Below, one piece after another: positions 31,663-43,855 of a stretch of DNA of 64,000 nt. Position numbers and translations under genes: made by a program. Position 1 is the stretch's first letter. Every line of letters starts with the position of its first letter. Under the pieces are notes generated by a model. It ran no database searches and was not told where the DNA came from. It was given only the letters and a program-made list of their open reading frames with translations. The DNA is from Vulcanimicrobiota bacterium (GTDB taxonomy: Bacteria; Vulcanimicrobiota; Vulcanimicrobiia; Vulcanimicrobiales; Vulcanimicrobiaceae). The stretch is taken from positions 32,001 to 96,000 of the forward strand of contig OY968762.1 of the NCBI GenBank assembly GCA_963695225.1. Direction: 5' to 3'.

Positions 31663-33726
31663 ATGAATTACTTCGGATTCGCCCGGAGTGCGGCCGCCTT
31701 TGCGGGTGCGGCGCTCCTGTGTTGTTCTGCGGCGCCGGCTCCGGCGGTAAGCTCCGCGGGTCCCGCCGCCTCGCTGCTCGCCTTCGATTGGACGCCGACG
31801 CCGCAGCAGATCGCGACCTCGTGTTCGGCGTCCATCGCCCGGGTCAAGCGACGCGCCGGTGCGATCTCGCGGGTCCCGAACGGGCATCGAACGTTCGATT
31901 CGGTCGTCCTCGCGCTCGAAAACGCGACCGCTGACTTCAGCGACGAACTGACGGCGCAGGCGTTCCTGTTCAACGTGGCGCCCAGCGCCCAGGTGCGCGC
32001 CGCGTCGCAGAAATGCGGCACCGACGCCGGCAACGTCCTGACGGATCTCGAGGCGCGGCCGGAGCTCTACCGCGCGCTTGCGGAAGCGAAGGCAAGCGGA
32101 ACCGCCCGTACGGCGGCGCAGCGCAAGTTGACGGACCTTTGGCTGACGACGGTGCGGCGGAGCGGCGCAGGCCTCCCCGAGCCTGCGCGGCGTGAGTTCG
32201 TCGCGCTCTCGCAGGATCTCAACGATCTCGAAACGCGCTTCGCGGCGAATCTCGGCAACGATCAAAGCTCGATCGCGCTCTCCGAGGAGCAGACGGCATC
32301 GCTGCCGCCTGAGTTCGTCGCCGCGGCGCTGAAGAAGAATGCCGCCGGCGGCTATACGCTCCCCGCGAACGAGTCGACGGACGGCCCGTTTATGGAGAAC
32401 GAGACCGACGCGAGCGCGCGCAAGGCGTTTTACTTGGCGTATGCGAACCGCGGCGGCGAGGCGAACGTCAAGCTGCTCGAGCAGGCGCTCCGGAAACGCG
32501 ACCGGCTCGCGAAGCTGATGGGCTATCCGAATTGGGCCGCCTACGTCCTCGCGGACAGAATGGCCGGGACGCCGCAGCGCGTCTTGCGCTTCCTCGAACA
32601 GATCGATGCGGCGGTGCTCCCGAAGGCACGCCGAGAACGCGAGGAACTCGCCGCGCTCAAGGGCGCGCCGCTCGACGCGTGGGATTCCGAGTATTACGAG
32701 AATCAACTCCGCAAGACGAAATACGCCGTCGACCAGAACGAGATCAAGCAGTACTTCCCCGTGCAGCACGTGATCGAGAGCGTGCTCGGCATCTATCAGG
32801 AATTGCTCGGCGTCAAGTTCCTGCGCGCGACCGCGCCGGCGTGGCAAGAAGAGGTGCAGGCGTACGACGTGAGCGATGCCGCCTCCGGCAAGCCGCTCGG
32901 GCGCTTCTATCTCGACCTGTTTCCGCGGCCCGGCAAGTACGACCACTTCGCGAACTTCGGCATCGTCGCGCGCCGCGTGCTCCCGGGCGGGAACGTCCGC
33001 CTGGCGACGAGCGCGATCGTTGGGAACTGGCCGCAGGCCGCGCCCGGGAAACCGGCCTTGCTGTCGCACGAGGACGTCGAGACGTTCTTCCACGAGTTCG
33101 GTCATAACATGGCCGCGATGCTCGCGGACGCACCGTACGCGACGCTGACGAGCGGATTTCGCCAAGATTTCATCGAGGCACCCTCGCAGATGCTCGAAAA
33201 CTGGGCGTGGGATCCGGGGATCCTCAAGCGCGTCTCCTCGAACGTGACGACCGGCGCGCCGCTCCCGGACCCGCTGATCGAAAAGATGATCGCAGCGCGG
33301 TACGTGCATTACGCGCTCTTCACCGCGCAACAGGCGTTCTTGGGCACCGTCGACATGCGGTATCACATGCAAAAACCGCCGGTCGATACGACGGCCGTAT
33401 GGAAGGCGACGCTCACCGAGATGACGCCGGCGAAGTTCGTCGAGGGGACGCACCGGCAAGCGTCGTTCTCCCACCTGATGGGCGGCTACGATGCCGGCTA
33501 TTACGGCTATCTCTGGTCGAAGGTCTACGCGCAGGATCTGTTCTCGCGCTTTGCGGCCGAGGGCCTGACGAACCCGGTTGCGGGGATGGCGTACCGCACG
33601 CGGATCCTCGCCCCCGCGAGGCTCGAAGAGCCCGATGCCGAAGTTGCGGCCTTCCTCGGGCGGCCGATGAACCCGAACGCATTCTACCGCGAACTCGGCA
33701 TCGCACCGCCGGCCGCGGGGCGCTAA
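31663..33726 (+). CDS. M3 family metallopeptidase (thimet oligopeptidase-like), exported
   Basis: FYLDLFPRPGK, FFHEFGH, DFIEAPSQMLENW, GYYGYLWS. Confidence 0.93.
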   Translation: MNYFGFARSAAAFAGAALLCCSAAPAPAVSSAGPAASLLAFDWTPTPQQIATSCSASIARVKRRAGAISRVPNGHRTFDSVVLALENATADFSDELTAQAFLFNVAPSAQVRAASQKCGTDAGNVLTDLEARPELYRALAEAKASGTARTAAQRKLTDLWLTTVRRSGAGLPEPARREFVALSQDLNDLETRFAANLGNDQSSIALSEEQTASLPPEFVAAALKKNAAGGYTLPANESTDGPFMENETDASARKAFYLAYANRGGEANVKLLEQALRKRDRLAKLMGYPNWAAYVLADRMAGTPQRVLRFLEQIDAAVLPKARREREELAALKGAPLDAWDSEYYENQLRKTKYAVDQNEIKQYFPVQHVIESVLGIYQELLGVKFLRATAPAWQEEVQAYDVSDAASGKPLGRFYLDLFPRPGKYDHFANFGIVARRVLPGGNVRLATSAIVGNWPQAAPGKPALLSHEDVETFFHEFGHNMAAMLADAPYATLTSGFRQDFIEAPSQMLENWAWDPGILKRVSSNVTTGAPLPDPLIEKMIAARYVHYALFTAQQAFLGTVDMRYHMQKPPVDTTAVWKATLTEMTPAKFVEGTHRQASFSHLMGGYDAGYYGYLWSKVYAQDLFSRFAAEGLTNPVAGMAYRTRILAPARLEEPDAEVAAFLGRPMNPNAFYRELGIAPPAAGR

Positions 33727-33817
33727 CGAACCAAGCAGGGGCCCTCTCGGGCGGCTGCCCAACAAGTGCTTGGCGGCAGAAGGGCTGCGCCTTGTAATTC
33801 GTTAATCCTAACGATGG

Positions 33818-33835
33818 TATGAGGCATGCCTAATA
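33818..33835. promoter_or_regulatory. Palindromic metal-repressor-like operator upstream of feoA
   Basis: TATGAGGCATGCCTAATA, an 18-bp palindrome with one mismatched pair. Confidence 0.5.
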
Positions 33836-33856
33836 ACCGCAAGGGAGGCGGGCTCT

Positions 33857-34165
33857 ATGCTGTCGCTGAGAGATGACGTCTTTTTCCCCGCTTCGCAGGG
33901 CTCGCCGTTCGTGGTGAAGCTCGCGGACCTGCCGAACGGCAGCGCGGCGACGGTCTTGGCGGTGCAGGACGCGCACCCGCGGGATGCCATCGCGCGGCGC
34001 CTGCGCGACCTCGGGTTCGTTCGCGGCGAAGCCGTGCGCATCGTCGCGCGGGCGCCGTTCGGCGGGGATCCGCTCGTCGTGCAGGTCGGCTTCACGCGCT
34101 TCGCGCTGCGCCGCGCGGAGGCGGCCCGCATCGCGGTCGAGCCGCTCCCGGCCGTGGACGAGTAG
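33857..34165 (+). CDS. feoA: Ferrous iron transport protein A
   Basis: RRLRDLGFVRG, APFGGDP, FALRRAEA. Confidence 0.9.
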   Translation: MLSLRDDVFFPASQGSPFVVKLADLPNGSAATVLAVQDAHPRDAIARRLRDLGFVRGEAVRIVARAPFGGDPLVVQVGFTRFALRRAEAARIAVEPLPAVDE

Positions 34166-34171
34166 GCGCGC

Positions 34172-36015
<1,844 letters not shown>

Positions 36016-36019
<4 letters not shown>

Positions 36020-36309
36020 CGGCCTATTCCTTCGTGGAGGCGGCCGTCGTGACGATGCTCGTAGCCGCAAGCGCGCTGTGGCTCTTCGTTGAGCTCGCTC
36101 CGGGCGCGGCCGCCTCCGTGCGCGCGCGCATCGCAGCACTCCTCGGAGCGCCGGGCCGGCCGCGCCGGCTGCGCGCGCTGGCCGCGAAGCTCGCCGCAAG
36201 GCCCGCGAGCGCTGCGGGCTGCGGGAGCGGCGGATGCTCGAGCTGTTCGGGCTGCGGGCTCTCGCGCGTTCCCAAGCCGCCTGCGGGCGGCTCGATTCAG
36301 ACGCTCTGA
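36016..36309 (+). CDS. FeoB-associated Cys-rich membrane protein
   Basis: TM helix plus CGSGGCSSCSGC; ATGA overlap with feoB. Confidence 0.75.
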
Positions 36310-36992
36310 AAGCGGTTCATCCGCCCTTCGAGGTACTTGAATATCCGCGCGATCAGGAACGTCAGCACGACGTAGATGCCCGCGGCGACGAAGAGCGGGT
36401 CGGTCTGGTAGGTCGCCGCGGCGATGCGCCGGGCGACGCCGGTGACGTCGAGCAGCGTGATCGTGCTCGCGAGCGAGGTCGATTTCAGTTGGATCACGAC
36501 TTCGTTACCGAGGGCCGGGAGCATCAACCCAAACGCACGCGGCAGGATGATCCGGCGATAGAGCAGCGATGGGCCCATCCCCATCGCGACCGCCGCCTCG
36601 CGTTCGCCGTTCGGGACGCTGAGGATGCCGCCGCGCACGACTTCGCCGACGTAGGCCGTCATGTTCAGCGAGAGCGCGATCAGCGCGCACGGATACGATT
36701 CTCGAAAGAAGATCCACAAGAACGAATCTCGGACGAACGAGAACTGCGCGAGCCCGTAGTAGATCAGGAAGATCTGCACGATCAGCGGCGTGCCGCGGAA
36801 GAAGACGGAGTAGGCGTAGGCGGGGAGCCGCAGCAGCGGCTTCTTGGAGACGCGCGCAAGCGCGAGCGGGACGGCGAGCGCTACGCCGCAGAGCGTTGAG
36901 AAGAAGAGCAGGCGTAGCGTCATCCAAACGCCGGCAAGGAAATCCGGCGCGGCGCCGGCCGCCGTCGTCCAGAGATCCGAGAGCCAACTCAT
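36297..36992 (-). CDS. Polar amino-acid ABC permease (HisM-like)
   Basis: FRGTPLIVQ, EVVRGG..VPNGEREAA. Confidence 0.9.
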   Translation of the reverse strand: MSWLSDLWTTAAGAAPDFLAGVWMTLRLLFFSTLCGVALAVPLALARVSKKPLLRLPAYAYSVFFRGTPLIVQIFLIYYGLAQFSFVRDSFLWIFFRESYPCALIALSLNMTAYVGEVVRGGILSVPNGEREAAVAMGMGPSLLYRRIILPRAFGLMLPALGNEVVIQLKSTSLASTITLLDVTGVARRIAAATYQTDPLFVAAGIYVVLTFLIARIFKYLEGRMNRFQSV

Positions 36993-37660
36993 CGCGCGTT
37001 CCTCGCGAACCCGCGCGACGCGTTCTTTTCAAGCTGCGCGAAGACGACGTTCGAGATGCCGAGGAAGATCAGGAAGATGAACGCGGCCGCCAGGAAGTAG
37101 ACGAACGGCTGTTTCGTGACTTGGGCCGCGATGTTCGCCTTCTGCATGAGTTCCTCGAGGCCGAGGACGGAGACGAGCGCGGAATCCTTGAGCAGGTTCT
37201 GCCATAGGTTGCTGAGGCTCGGGAGCGCGATGCGCCACGCTTGCGGCAGATGGATGCGGAAGAAGACTTGCGCCGGGCGCATTCCGAACGCGCGCGCCGC
37301 TTCGAGCTGCCCGGGCGGCACGGAGAGGAACGCGCCGCGGAACGTCTCCGACGAGTAAGCCGCGAGCACGACGGAGAGGGCGAAGACGCCGCTCGTAAAC
37401 GGGCCGATCGAGACGGCGCCGTTCGTGAGTTGCTGCGCGAGATTCCCCAGGCCGAAGTAGCAGATCAGCAGGATGACGAATTCGGGGACGCCGCGCATGA
37501 GGCTCGTGACGGCGGTGACGGGAGCGCTGAGCCAAACGTGCTTGGAAAGCTTCGCCGCGGCCAGCAGCATGCCGAAACTCAACCCAAAGAAAAGGGTCGC
37601 GAACGCCACCTCTAAGGTGACGCCCGCGCCCTGAACGAGCTGAACGAAGTATCCGTTCAG
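36989..37660 (-). CDS. Polar amino-acid ABC permease (HisQ-like), probable CTG start
   Basis: LNGYFVQLVQGAGVTLEVA upstream of ORF-track start; RGVPE, ETFRGA, GQLEAA. Confidence 0.88.
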   Translation of the reverse strand: MNGYFVQLVQGAGVTLEVAFATLFFGLSFGMLLAAAKLSKHVWLSAPVTAVTSLMRGVPEFVILLICYFGLGNLAQQLTNGAVSIGPFTSGVFALSVVLAAYSSETFRGAFLSVPPGQLEAARAFGMRPAQVFFRIHLPQAWRIALPSLSNLWQNLLKDSALVSVLGLEELMQKANIAAQVTKQPFVYFLAAAFIFLIFLGISNVVFAQLEKNASRGFARNAR

Positions 37661-37666
37661 CTAGTG

Positions 37667-38464
37667 CTACTTCTTGGGGAGGATGCTGAAGGGGAAATAC
37701 TCGTCGTTGATCTTCTTGTACGTTCCGTCTTTCACGGCGGCGGCGAACGCAGCGTTCAGCGTGACGCGGAGCGGGTCGCCCTTGCGAACCGCGATGCCGG
37801 CGCCCTTGCCGAAGATCGTTTCGTCGTTGAGTTCCTTCCCGGCGAAATCGAAGCCGGCGGCCTTGCCCGCTTTCTTCAGCCAATCGTAGCCGATCGTCTC
37901 GTCGGCGAGCGCCGCGTCGACGCGGCCCGCGAGCAGGTCCTGATACGCTTCGTCCTGGCCCGTGTAGGTCTTGACTTGCGCGATGCCCTTGAGCTTGAGG
38001 TTGTAGTAGACTTCTTCCGTCGTCCCGCTCTGCACGGCGATCGTCTTGCCCTTGAGCGTGGCGGGATCGTCGGTGATTCCGGAGCCCTTCTTCGCGACGA
38101 AGCGGGCGGGAGTGATCGTGATGGGGACCGTGAAATCCACGACCTTCTCGCGCGCCGGCGTGATCGACATCTGCGAGAGAACCGCGTCGATCTTCTTGGA
38201 TTTCAATGCCGCGATCATGCTGTCGAAGGACATGTTCACGTACTCGCATTTAAGCTTCGCGGTCGCGCAGAGCTTGTTGCCGAGCTCGATCTCGAAGCCT
38301 TGAAGTTTCCCGCCCGCATCCTTGTATTCGAAGGGGGCGTAGTCGGCTTCCGTGCCGATGCGGACGACCTGCTGATCGGCGAGGACGGGTGCTGCGCCGA
38401 AAGCTGCGACGGTACATGCGGCGAGCGCGCCGACGAACCATTTGCGTAGGATCTTATTGTTCAA
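37667..38464 (-). CDS. Polar amino-acid ABC substrate-binding protein (ArgT/HisJ-like)
   Basis: Signal peptide, GTEADYAPFE, SITPAREK. Confidence 0.92.
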   Translation of the reverse strand: MNNKILRKWFVGALAACTVAAFGAAPVLADQQVVRIGTEADYAPFEYKDAGGKLQGFEIELGNKLCATAKLKCEYVNMSFDSMIAALKSKKIDAVLSQMSITPAREKVVDFTVPITITPARFVAKKGSGITDDPATLKGKTIAVQSGTTEEVYYNLKLKGIAQVKTYTGQDEAYQDLLAGRVDAALADETIGYDWLKKAGKAAGFDFAGKELNDETIFGKGAGIAVRKGDPLRVTLNAAFAAAVKDGTYKKINDEYFPFSILPKK

Positions 38465-38510
38465 CGTAACCTCTTCTAGCTATCGATTGGGATGAGTGCA
38501 TGGATACGAT

Positions 38511-39287
38511 CTAGTGTGCGCGCGTGCTCGACAGGAACTGTCGGAGCCGCTCCGATTTGCAATTCCCGAATACCTGATCGGGAGTTCCTTCTTCCTCTAT
38601 CAGGCCCTGATGGAAGAAGACGACGCGGTCCGCGACTTCGCGGGCGAAGCCCATCTCGTGGGTCACCACGAGCATCGTGCGCCCCTCGCGGGCGAGATCC
38701 CGCATGACCTTGAGCACCTCGCCGACGAGCTCCGGGTCGAGCGCGGAGGTCGGCTCGTCGAAGAGCAGGAGATCCGGCTCCATCGCGAGCGCGCGGGCGA
38801 TCGCGACGCGCTGCTGCTGGCCGCCGGAGAGTTGGCTCGGGTAGGCGCCGGTCTTGTTCGCGAGGCCGACCTTCTGGAGCATCGCGTCGGCGCGCTCGAC
38901 CGCTTCCTTGCGGGAAAGCCGCAGGACGTGCATCGGCGCCTCGATGATGTTCTCGAGGACCGTCATGTGCGCCCACAGGTTGAACTGCTGGAAGACCATC
39001 GCGACCTTGCGCCGGATCCGTTCGACCTGGCGCGGATCGACGGGGACGAAGTGCCCGCCCCCCGGCCGCATCTTGATCAGCTCGCCCTTCACCGAGACCT
39101 TCCCGGCGTCCGGAGTCTCGAGCAGGTTGAGGCAGCGCAGGAACGTGCTCTTCCCCGAGCCGCTGCTCCCCAGGATGGCGATGACGTCGTGGTCGTACGC
39201 CGTGAGCGAGACGCCCTTGAGGACTTCGTTCTCGCCGAAGCGCTTGTGGAGGTCTTCGACGACGAGAGCGGCGGGCGCGGCGTCCAT
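38511..39287 (-). CDS. Polar amino-acid ABC ATPase (HisP-like)
   Basis: [27 protein letters not shown]. Confidence 0.95.
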   Translation of the reverse strand: MDAAPAALVVEDLHKRFGENEVLKGVSLTAYDHDVIAILGSSGSGKSTFLRCLNLLETPDAGKVSVKGELIKMRPGGGHFVPVDPRQVERIRRKVAMVFQQFNLWAHMTVLENIIEAPMHVLRLSRKEAVERADAMLQKVGLANKTGAYPSQLSGGQQQRVAIARALAMEPDLLLFDEPTSALDPELVGEVLKVMRDLAREGRTMLVVTHEMGFAREVADRVVFFHQGLIEEEGTPDQVFGNCKSERLRQFLSSTRAH

Positions 39288-39371
39288 AACGGCGCGTTCG
39301 TTCGCCGGGGCGGGGACCCTTGCCTCGGCCGCGTAGCTTTGGAATGGAAGAACGGGCCGTCTTTAGGCCAT

Positions 39372-40727
39372 CTAGCCGAGGGGGACGGTCGCGCCGCGCT
39401 CTCCGACGCCGGCCGTGAACCCGAGCGTTTGTCGGACGAGCGCGGCGAACGCGGCGGAGGACGCAGGCTCCCCGTGGACCGCATACAGATGCGGCTTCAC
39501 GGCGAGCGTCCCGAGCCACCGGAGCAGCTCCGAACGGTCGGCGTGCGCGCTGTATCCGGTGGGATTCTCAACGCGCGCGCGCACCGCGAGCGTGTCGCCG
39601 AAGATGCGGACGGAGCGCGCGCCGCCCACGAGCACGTTCCCGAGCGTCCCCGCCCCTTGGTAGCCGGCGAAGACGATCGTCGCCGCCGGATTCGGGAGCT
39701 GGTTGTGCAGATGGTGGAGGATGCGCCCGCCCGAGGCCATGCCGCTTGCGGAGATCACGATCGCGGGGCCTTCGAGCGAGTTGAGCTGTTTCGATTCGTC
39801 GGTCGTGATCGCCAGCGTGACGTTGCGGCAACCGAACGGCGCGTCGGGCGTATCCGGGAACGGCTTGTGCGCATCGGGGTAGCGGGCGAAGAGCGCATCG
39901 ACCTTGATCGCCATCGGGCTATCGACGTAGACGCGCGTGCGCGCGATCGCCGGGTTGCGGCTCTGCAGCGTGCCGATCGCATAGAGCAGCTCTTGCGTGC
40001 GCTCGACGGCGAACGCCGGGATCACGATCGGCCCGCCGCGCGCGATGCCCATGGAGAGCAGACGTTCGAGATCCCCGAGCGCGTCCGGCGGGTGGACGCG
40101 ATCGCCGTACGTCGTCTCGCAGACGACGACGTCGGCCGTATCGAGCGGCGCGGGATCGTACAGCAGCGGGCGGCCGTAGCGGCCGAGATCGCCGGAGAAG
40201 ATCGCGCGCTTCCCCTCGATGCGCATGTCGAGGTAGGCCGAGCCGAGGATGTGCCCCGCCTCGTGGTAGCGCAGCGTGGCGCCGCAGACTTCGAAATCTT
40301 CCTCGAGCGGGACGGGCCGGAGCAGTTTCAGCGCCGCTTGGACGTCTTCGCCGTCGTAGAACGGCGGCAGCGCGTGCGTGTGCTCGTGATGGAAGCCGCG
40401 TTCCGTCATGTGCTCTTGGAGCTGCGCCGCGTCCTCGAGCACGATTTCCATCAGCCCGGCCGTCGCGGGCGTGCAATAGACGGGGCCGCGGTAGCCGTCG
40501 CGCACGATCTTCGGGAGATAGCCGCAGTGATCGATGTGCGCGTGTGTGACGACGATCGCGTCCGTCGCGGAAGGCGGGATCGGCAGCGGGACGGCGTTGA
40601 GCGCCTCGATATCCTTCGTGCCCTGGAACATGCCGCAATCCACGTAGAAGTGCTTGCCGTTCGTGGAGACGAGGTGCTTGCTGCCGGTGACGGTGCCGGC
40701 CGCGCCGACGAACGTGAGATCAGCCAC
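39372..40727 (-). CDS. MBL-fold beta-CASP ribonuclease
   Basis: GAAGTVTGS, THAHIDH, AGHILGS, YSAHAD. Confidence 0.92.
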   Translation of the reverse strand: MADLTFVGAAGTVTGSKHLVSTNGKHFYVDCGMFQGTKDIEALNAVPLPIPPSATDAIVVTHAHIDHCGYLPKIVRDGYRGPVYCTPATAGLMEIVLEDAAQLQEHMTERGFHHEHTHALPPFYDGEDVQAALKLLRPVPLEEDFEVCGATLRYHEAGHILGSAYLDMRIEGKRAIFSGDLGRYGRPLLYDPAPLDTADVVVCETTYGDRVHPPDALGDLERLLSMGIARGGPIVIPAFAVERTQELLYAIGTLQSRNPAIARTRVYVDSPMAIKVDALFARYPDAHKPFPDTPDAPFGCRNVTLAITTDESKQLNSLEGPAIVISASGMASGGRILHHLHNQLPNPAATIVFAGYQGAGTLGNVLVGGARSVRIFGDTLAVRARVENPTGYSAHADRSELLRWLGTLAVKPHLYAVHGEPASSAAFAALVRQTLGFTAGVGERGATVPLG

Positions 40728-40742
40728 GGTGATGCTCCCCGA

Positions 40743-41327
40743 TCACGCCGGGTGGTGCCCGTTGCGGGCGAACGCGACCGAACTCGAGCGCCGCTCGCGA
40801 TGGTACCGATCGTAGCAGGCGTCGACGAGCCGTTCGGGATCGTCGTCCTCGATGATGACGGCGCCCGTCTGTTTGTTGACGAGCCGCGCGATGCGCGCGA
40901 ACTCGTTCGAGATGCCGCCGGAGTTGCGCAATACGCCGATCAGCTTGCCCTCGTCGTACGCGATCGCGAACTCGCCGAGCGAGCCGCTGCGCCCGCCGAT
41001 GAAGATGACGAAATCGGAGCTGTGGATGTTGTGGACCTCGCGCCCCATCAGCCCGGAGCCGGTGAAGACGATCGCCGAATACGGCTCGAGCGGGGAATCG
41101 AACGCGCTGACGTGCTCCTCGCGTGAATGCGCCGGCGAGACGCCGAGGCTCTGCCCGCCCGCTCCGTGCGCGCCGCGCACCGCCGCGTGGGGAAGGCCGG
41201 GGCACGCGCCGGTCACGATGACGCAACCGCGTTCCGCCACGCGCCTGCCGATGCGGTGCGCCAGCTCCAATTCGCCGTCGGCGATGTCCCCGCCGGCCGA
41301 CCCCATCACGCCGATCTGGATTTTCAC
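40743..41327 (-). CDS. SLOG/LOG family nucleotide-binding protein
   Basis: IGVMGSA, TGACPGLP, GGRSGSLGE. Confidence 0.85.
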   Translation of the reverse strand: MKIQIGVMGSAGGDIADGELELAHRIGRRVAERGCVIVTGACPGLPHAAVRGAHGAGGQSLGVSPAHSREEHVSAFDSPLEPYSAIVFTGSGLMGREVHNIHSSDFVIFIGGRSGSLGEFAIAYDEGKLIGVLRNSGGISNEFARIARLVNKQTGAVIIEDDDPERLVDACYDRYHRERRSSSVAFARNGHHPA

Positions 41328-41730
41328 GGGTGCGCGCCTCCGTCAGCTGCTCGAAGGCGCTTTGGCGGGGCGGGTGGGAAGTCTTTTCAGGTTTGGCCCT
41401 GGGTTCGTTCGGCAGCCGTATTGATTGGCTGGGATCAGTCACAGCGCCGCTCGAGCGCCGTAACTTGCGACAGTCGGACCGTCCGGGTCGGGCGCGGGCA
41501 GTCATCGAATGCGTCGAGCGTCATCGGTGTGGCGCGAAGCAAACGACTTGGGCGACGACAAGTTTCGATCGGCGCGTCGCGGGCCGATCGTGCTGGGCCG
41601 CCTGGCCCGCTTTGGCCTCGGCCGTTTTGAGTGCGACCCGACGGTTCTTGGGGCATCTGCGGCGGCCGATAGGTGAGTCGGATCGCCTCAAGGAACCCGG
41701 CCACCTCCGTGACGTCACAGGTGTAGCGAG

Positions 41731-42027
41731 ATGACGAATATCCGCGTCCCACAAGATCGCGTCGTGGATTTCTGCCGGCGCCACCACATCCGGAAGCTGG
41801 CCTTTTTTGGATCGGTCTTGCGGAGCGACTTTGGGCCGGAGAGCGATGTCGACGTTCTTGTGGAATTCAAGCCGGGCTTTGTTCCCGGCCTGGAATTCTT
41901 CACGATGGAGCGGGAGCTGTCGGAGATACTGGGCCGTAAGGTCGATCTTAATACCCCGGGGTTCCTTGGCAAGTACTTCCGAAATCGCGTCCTGGCGGAA
42001 GCGCAGGTGCAGTATTTCTCACCCTGA
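41731..42027 (+). CDS. MntA-type minimal nucleotidyltransferase antitoxin
   Basis: [27 protein letters not shown]. Confidence 0.92.
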   Translation: MTNIRVPQDRVVDFCRRHHIRKLAFFGSVLRSDFGPESDVDVLVEFKPGFVPGLEFFTMERELSEILGRKVDLNTPGFLGKYFRNRVLAEAQVQYFSP

Positions 42028-42028
42028 G

Positions 42029-42382
42029 ATGATGACGGCTAGGCTGCGCCATATGCTGGACCACTCGCGCGAGGCCGTCAAGTTCATCCGCGGGAAGACT
42101 CGCGACGACCTCGATCGCGACCGGCTCTTGAACCTGGCTCTCGTGCGCCTGCTCGAAGTTGTCGGTGAGGCCGCCGGCAGAATCCCGGCAGAAGAGCGTG
42201 AACGGTATCCGCGCATTCCATGGTATGCGATTGTCGGCCTCCGAAATCGCCTCATTCATGGCTACGATTCGGTTGATTTTGATATTCTGTGGCAGATAGC
42301 TCATGAAGACTTGCCCGCTCTAATAGCAACGCTCGAGGAAGCGCTCGGCACAGCGGCAAGCGATGAACTGCCTGCGCAGTAA
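42029..42382 (+). CDS. HepT/DUF86 HEPN ribonuclease toxin
   Basis: LEVVGEAA, IPW, RNRLIHGYD (RX4HXY). Confidence 0.92.
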   Translation: MMTARLRHMLDHSREAVKFIRGKTRDDLDRDRLLNLALVRLLEVVGEAAGRIPAEERERYPRIPWYAIVGLRNRLIHGYDSVDFDILWQIAHEDLPALIATLEEALGTAASDELPAQ

Positions 42383-42652
42383 GGCTGCTGTCGGCACCGC
42401 CGTTTATCGCTCGCGCTCCGCGCAAAGCCGTCAAGTCCGGAATGCTGTCTGCGCGTCCTGCATTCGGCGTGTGCCTCTGCTGCTGCGGTTGAGGGTGAAC
42501 GCTGCCGATAGAGATAGCGACGCATGATCTGAAAGCTGGCCCGCTTCCGTGGAGAGGTCGCTATTGGCGCCCGGCCGGCCGCTTGACCGCGGCGGCGGCT
42601 TATGTCGGGATCGAGCCGGAACTGCTGCTTGCCCATTGAACCCCTGTCGGCA

Positions 42653-43831
42653 ATGCAACTCTCCGCCGTCCAGGCACGGCGCGTCGCGCTCGCGGCGCAA
42701 GGTTTTGCCGCGCGCCGGCCGGCCGGGCGCATCGACGCGCGCCACGTCCGAAACATCTTTGCACGCCTCGGCATCGTGCAGATCGATTCCGTCAACGTGC
42801 TCGTGCGCTCGCATTACCTGCCGCTGTTCTCGCGCCTGGGACCGTATGACCGCGACCTCCTCGATTCGGCCGCATACGGCCGGCGAGCGCGGACGTTGTT
42901 CGAATACTGGGCGCACGAAGCGTCGCTCGTCGATCTCGCGCACTTCCCGTTGCTGCGCTGGCGCATGGCGCGGGCGCGGCGCCTCGAAGGTACGTGGGGG
43001 AACGTCTCACGCTTCGCGCTGGAACGCCCGGACTACGTCGAAGCGGTGCGTGCCGAAATCGAGGCGCGCGGTCCGCTCGGCGCGGGCGATCTCGAACGCC
43101 CCGGGACTCGCGCGAGCGCATGGTGGGGCTGGAGCGAGGGGAAGCTCGCGCTCGAGTACTTGTTCTGGGCGGGCATCGTTACGACGGCGCAGCGCCGCAA
43201 TTTCGAGCGCCTCTACGATCTCACCGAGCGCGTGATCCCGCCCGAGCACTACCAAGCGCCCCACCTCGAGGAAGAAGAAGCGCAGCGCCGCCTCATCCGC
43301 ATCGCGGCGCGGGCGCTCGGCGTCGCGACCGAGCGGGATCTGCGCGATTACTTCCGCCTCGCTCCGGCCGATGCGCGCGCCCGCGTCGCGGAGCTCATCG
43401 AAGCGGGCGATCTGCGCGCCGTCAAGGTCGAAGGCTGGAAGCAGCCCGCCTACGTAACGCCCGAGCTCGCCGTCCCCCGAAAGGTCGAAGCGCGCGCGCT
43501 GCTCAGCCCGTTCGATTCGCTCGTGTGGGATCGCGCACGAACGGAGCGTCTGTTCGATTTCGTCTACCGGCTCGAAATCTATACGCCGTCCCACAAGCGC
43601 GTTCACGGCTACTACGTGCTCCCGTTCCTGCTCGGCGAGCGGCTCGCCGCGCGCGTCGATCTCAAATCGGATCGCGCCGGCGGCCGCCTGCTCGCGCACG
43701 CCGTCCATCTCGAACCCGGCGTGCCGCGGGCTGAGACGCTCGCCGAACTGCGAGAAGAACTGCGCTCGCTTGCGGCGTGGCTCGAACTCGAAGGCGTCGA
43801 TTCGCCTGTGCGCGGGCTAGGGAGTCGCTGA
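42653..43831 (+). CDS. YcaQ/AlkZ-family winged-helix DNA glycosylase
   Basis: VQIDSVNVLVRSH, EYWAHEAS, LLSPFDSLVW, GYYVLP. Confidence 0.9.
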   Translation: MQLSAVQARRVALAAQGFAARRPAGRIDARHVRNIFARLGIVQIDSVNVLVRSHYLPLFSRLGPYDRDLLDSAAYGRRARTLFEYWAHEASLVDLAHFPLLRWRMARARRLEGTWGNVSRFALERPDYVEAVRAEIEARGPLGAGDLERPGTRASAWWGWSEGKLALEYLFWAGIVTTAQRRNFERLYDLTERVIPPEHYQAPHLEEEEAQRRLIRIAARALGVATERDLRDYFRLAPADARARVAELIEAGDLRAVKVEGWKQPAYVTPELAVPRKVEARALLSPFDSLVWDRARTERLFDFVYRLEIYTPSHKRVHGYYVLPFLLGERLAARVDLKSDRAGGRLLAHAVHLEPGVPRAETLAELREELRSLAAWLELEGVDSPVRGLGSR

Positions 43832-43855
43832 ACGCCGCTACGGCGAAGCGCTCGG

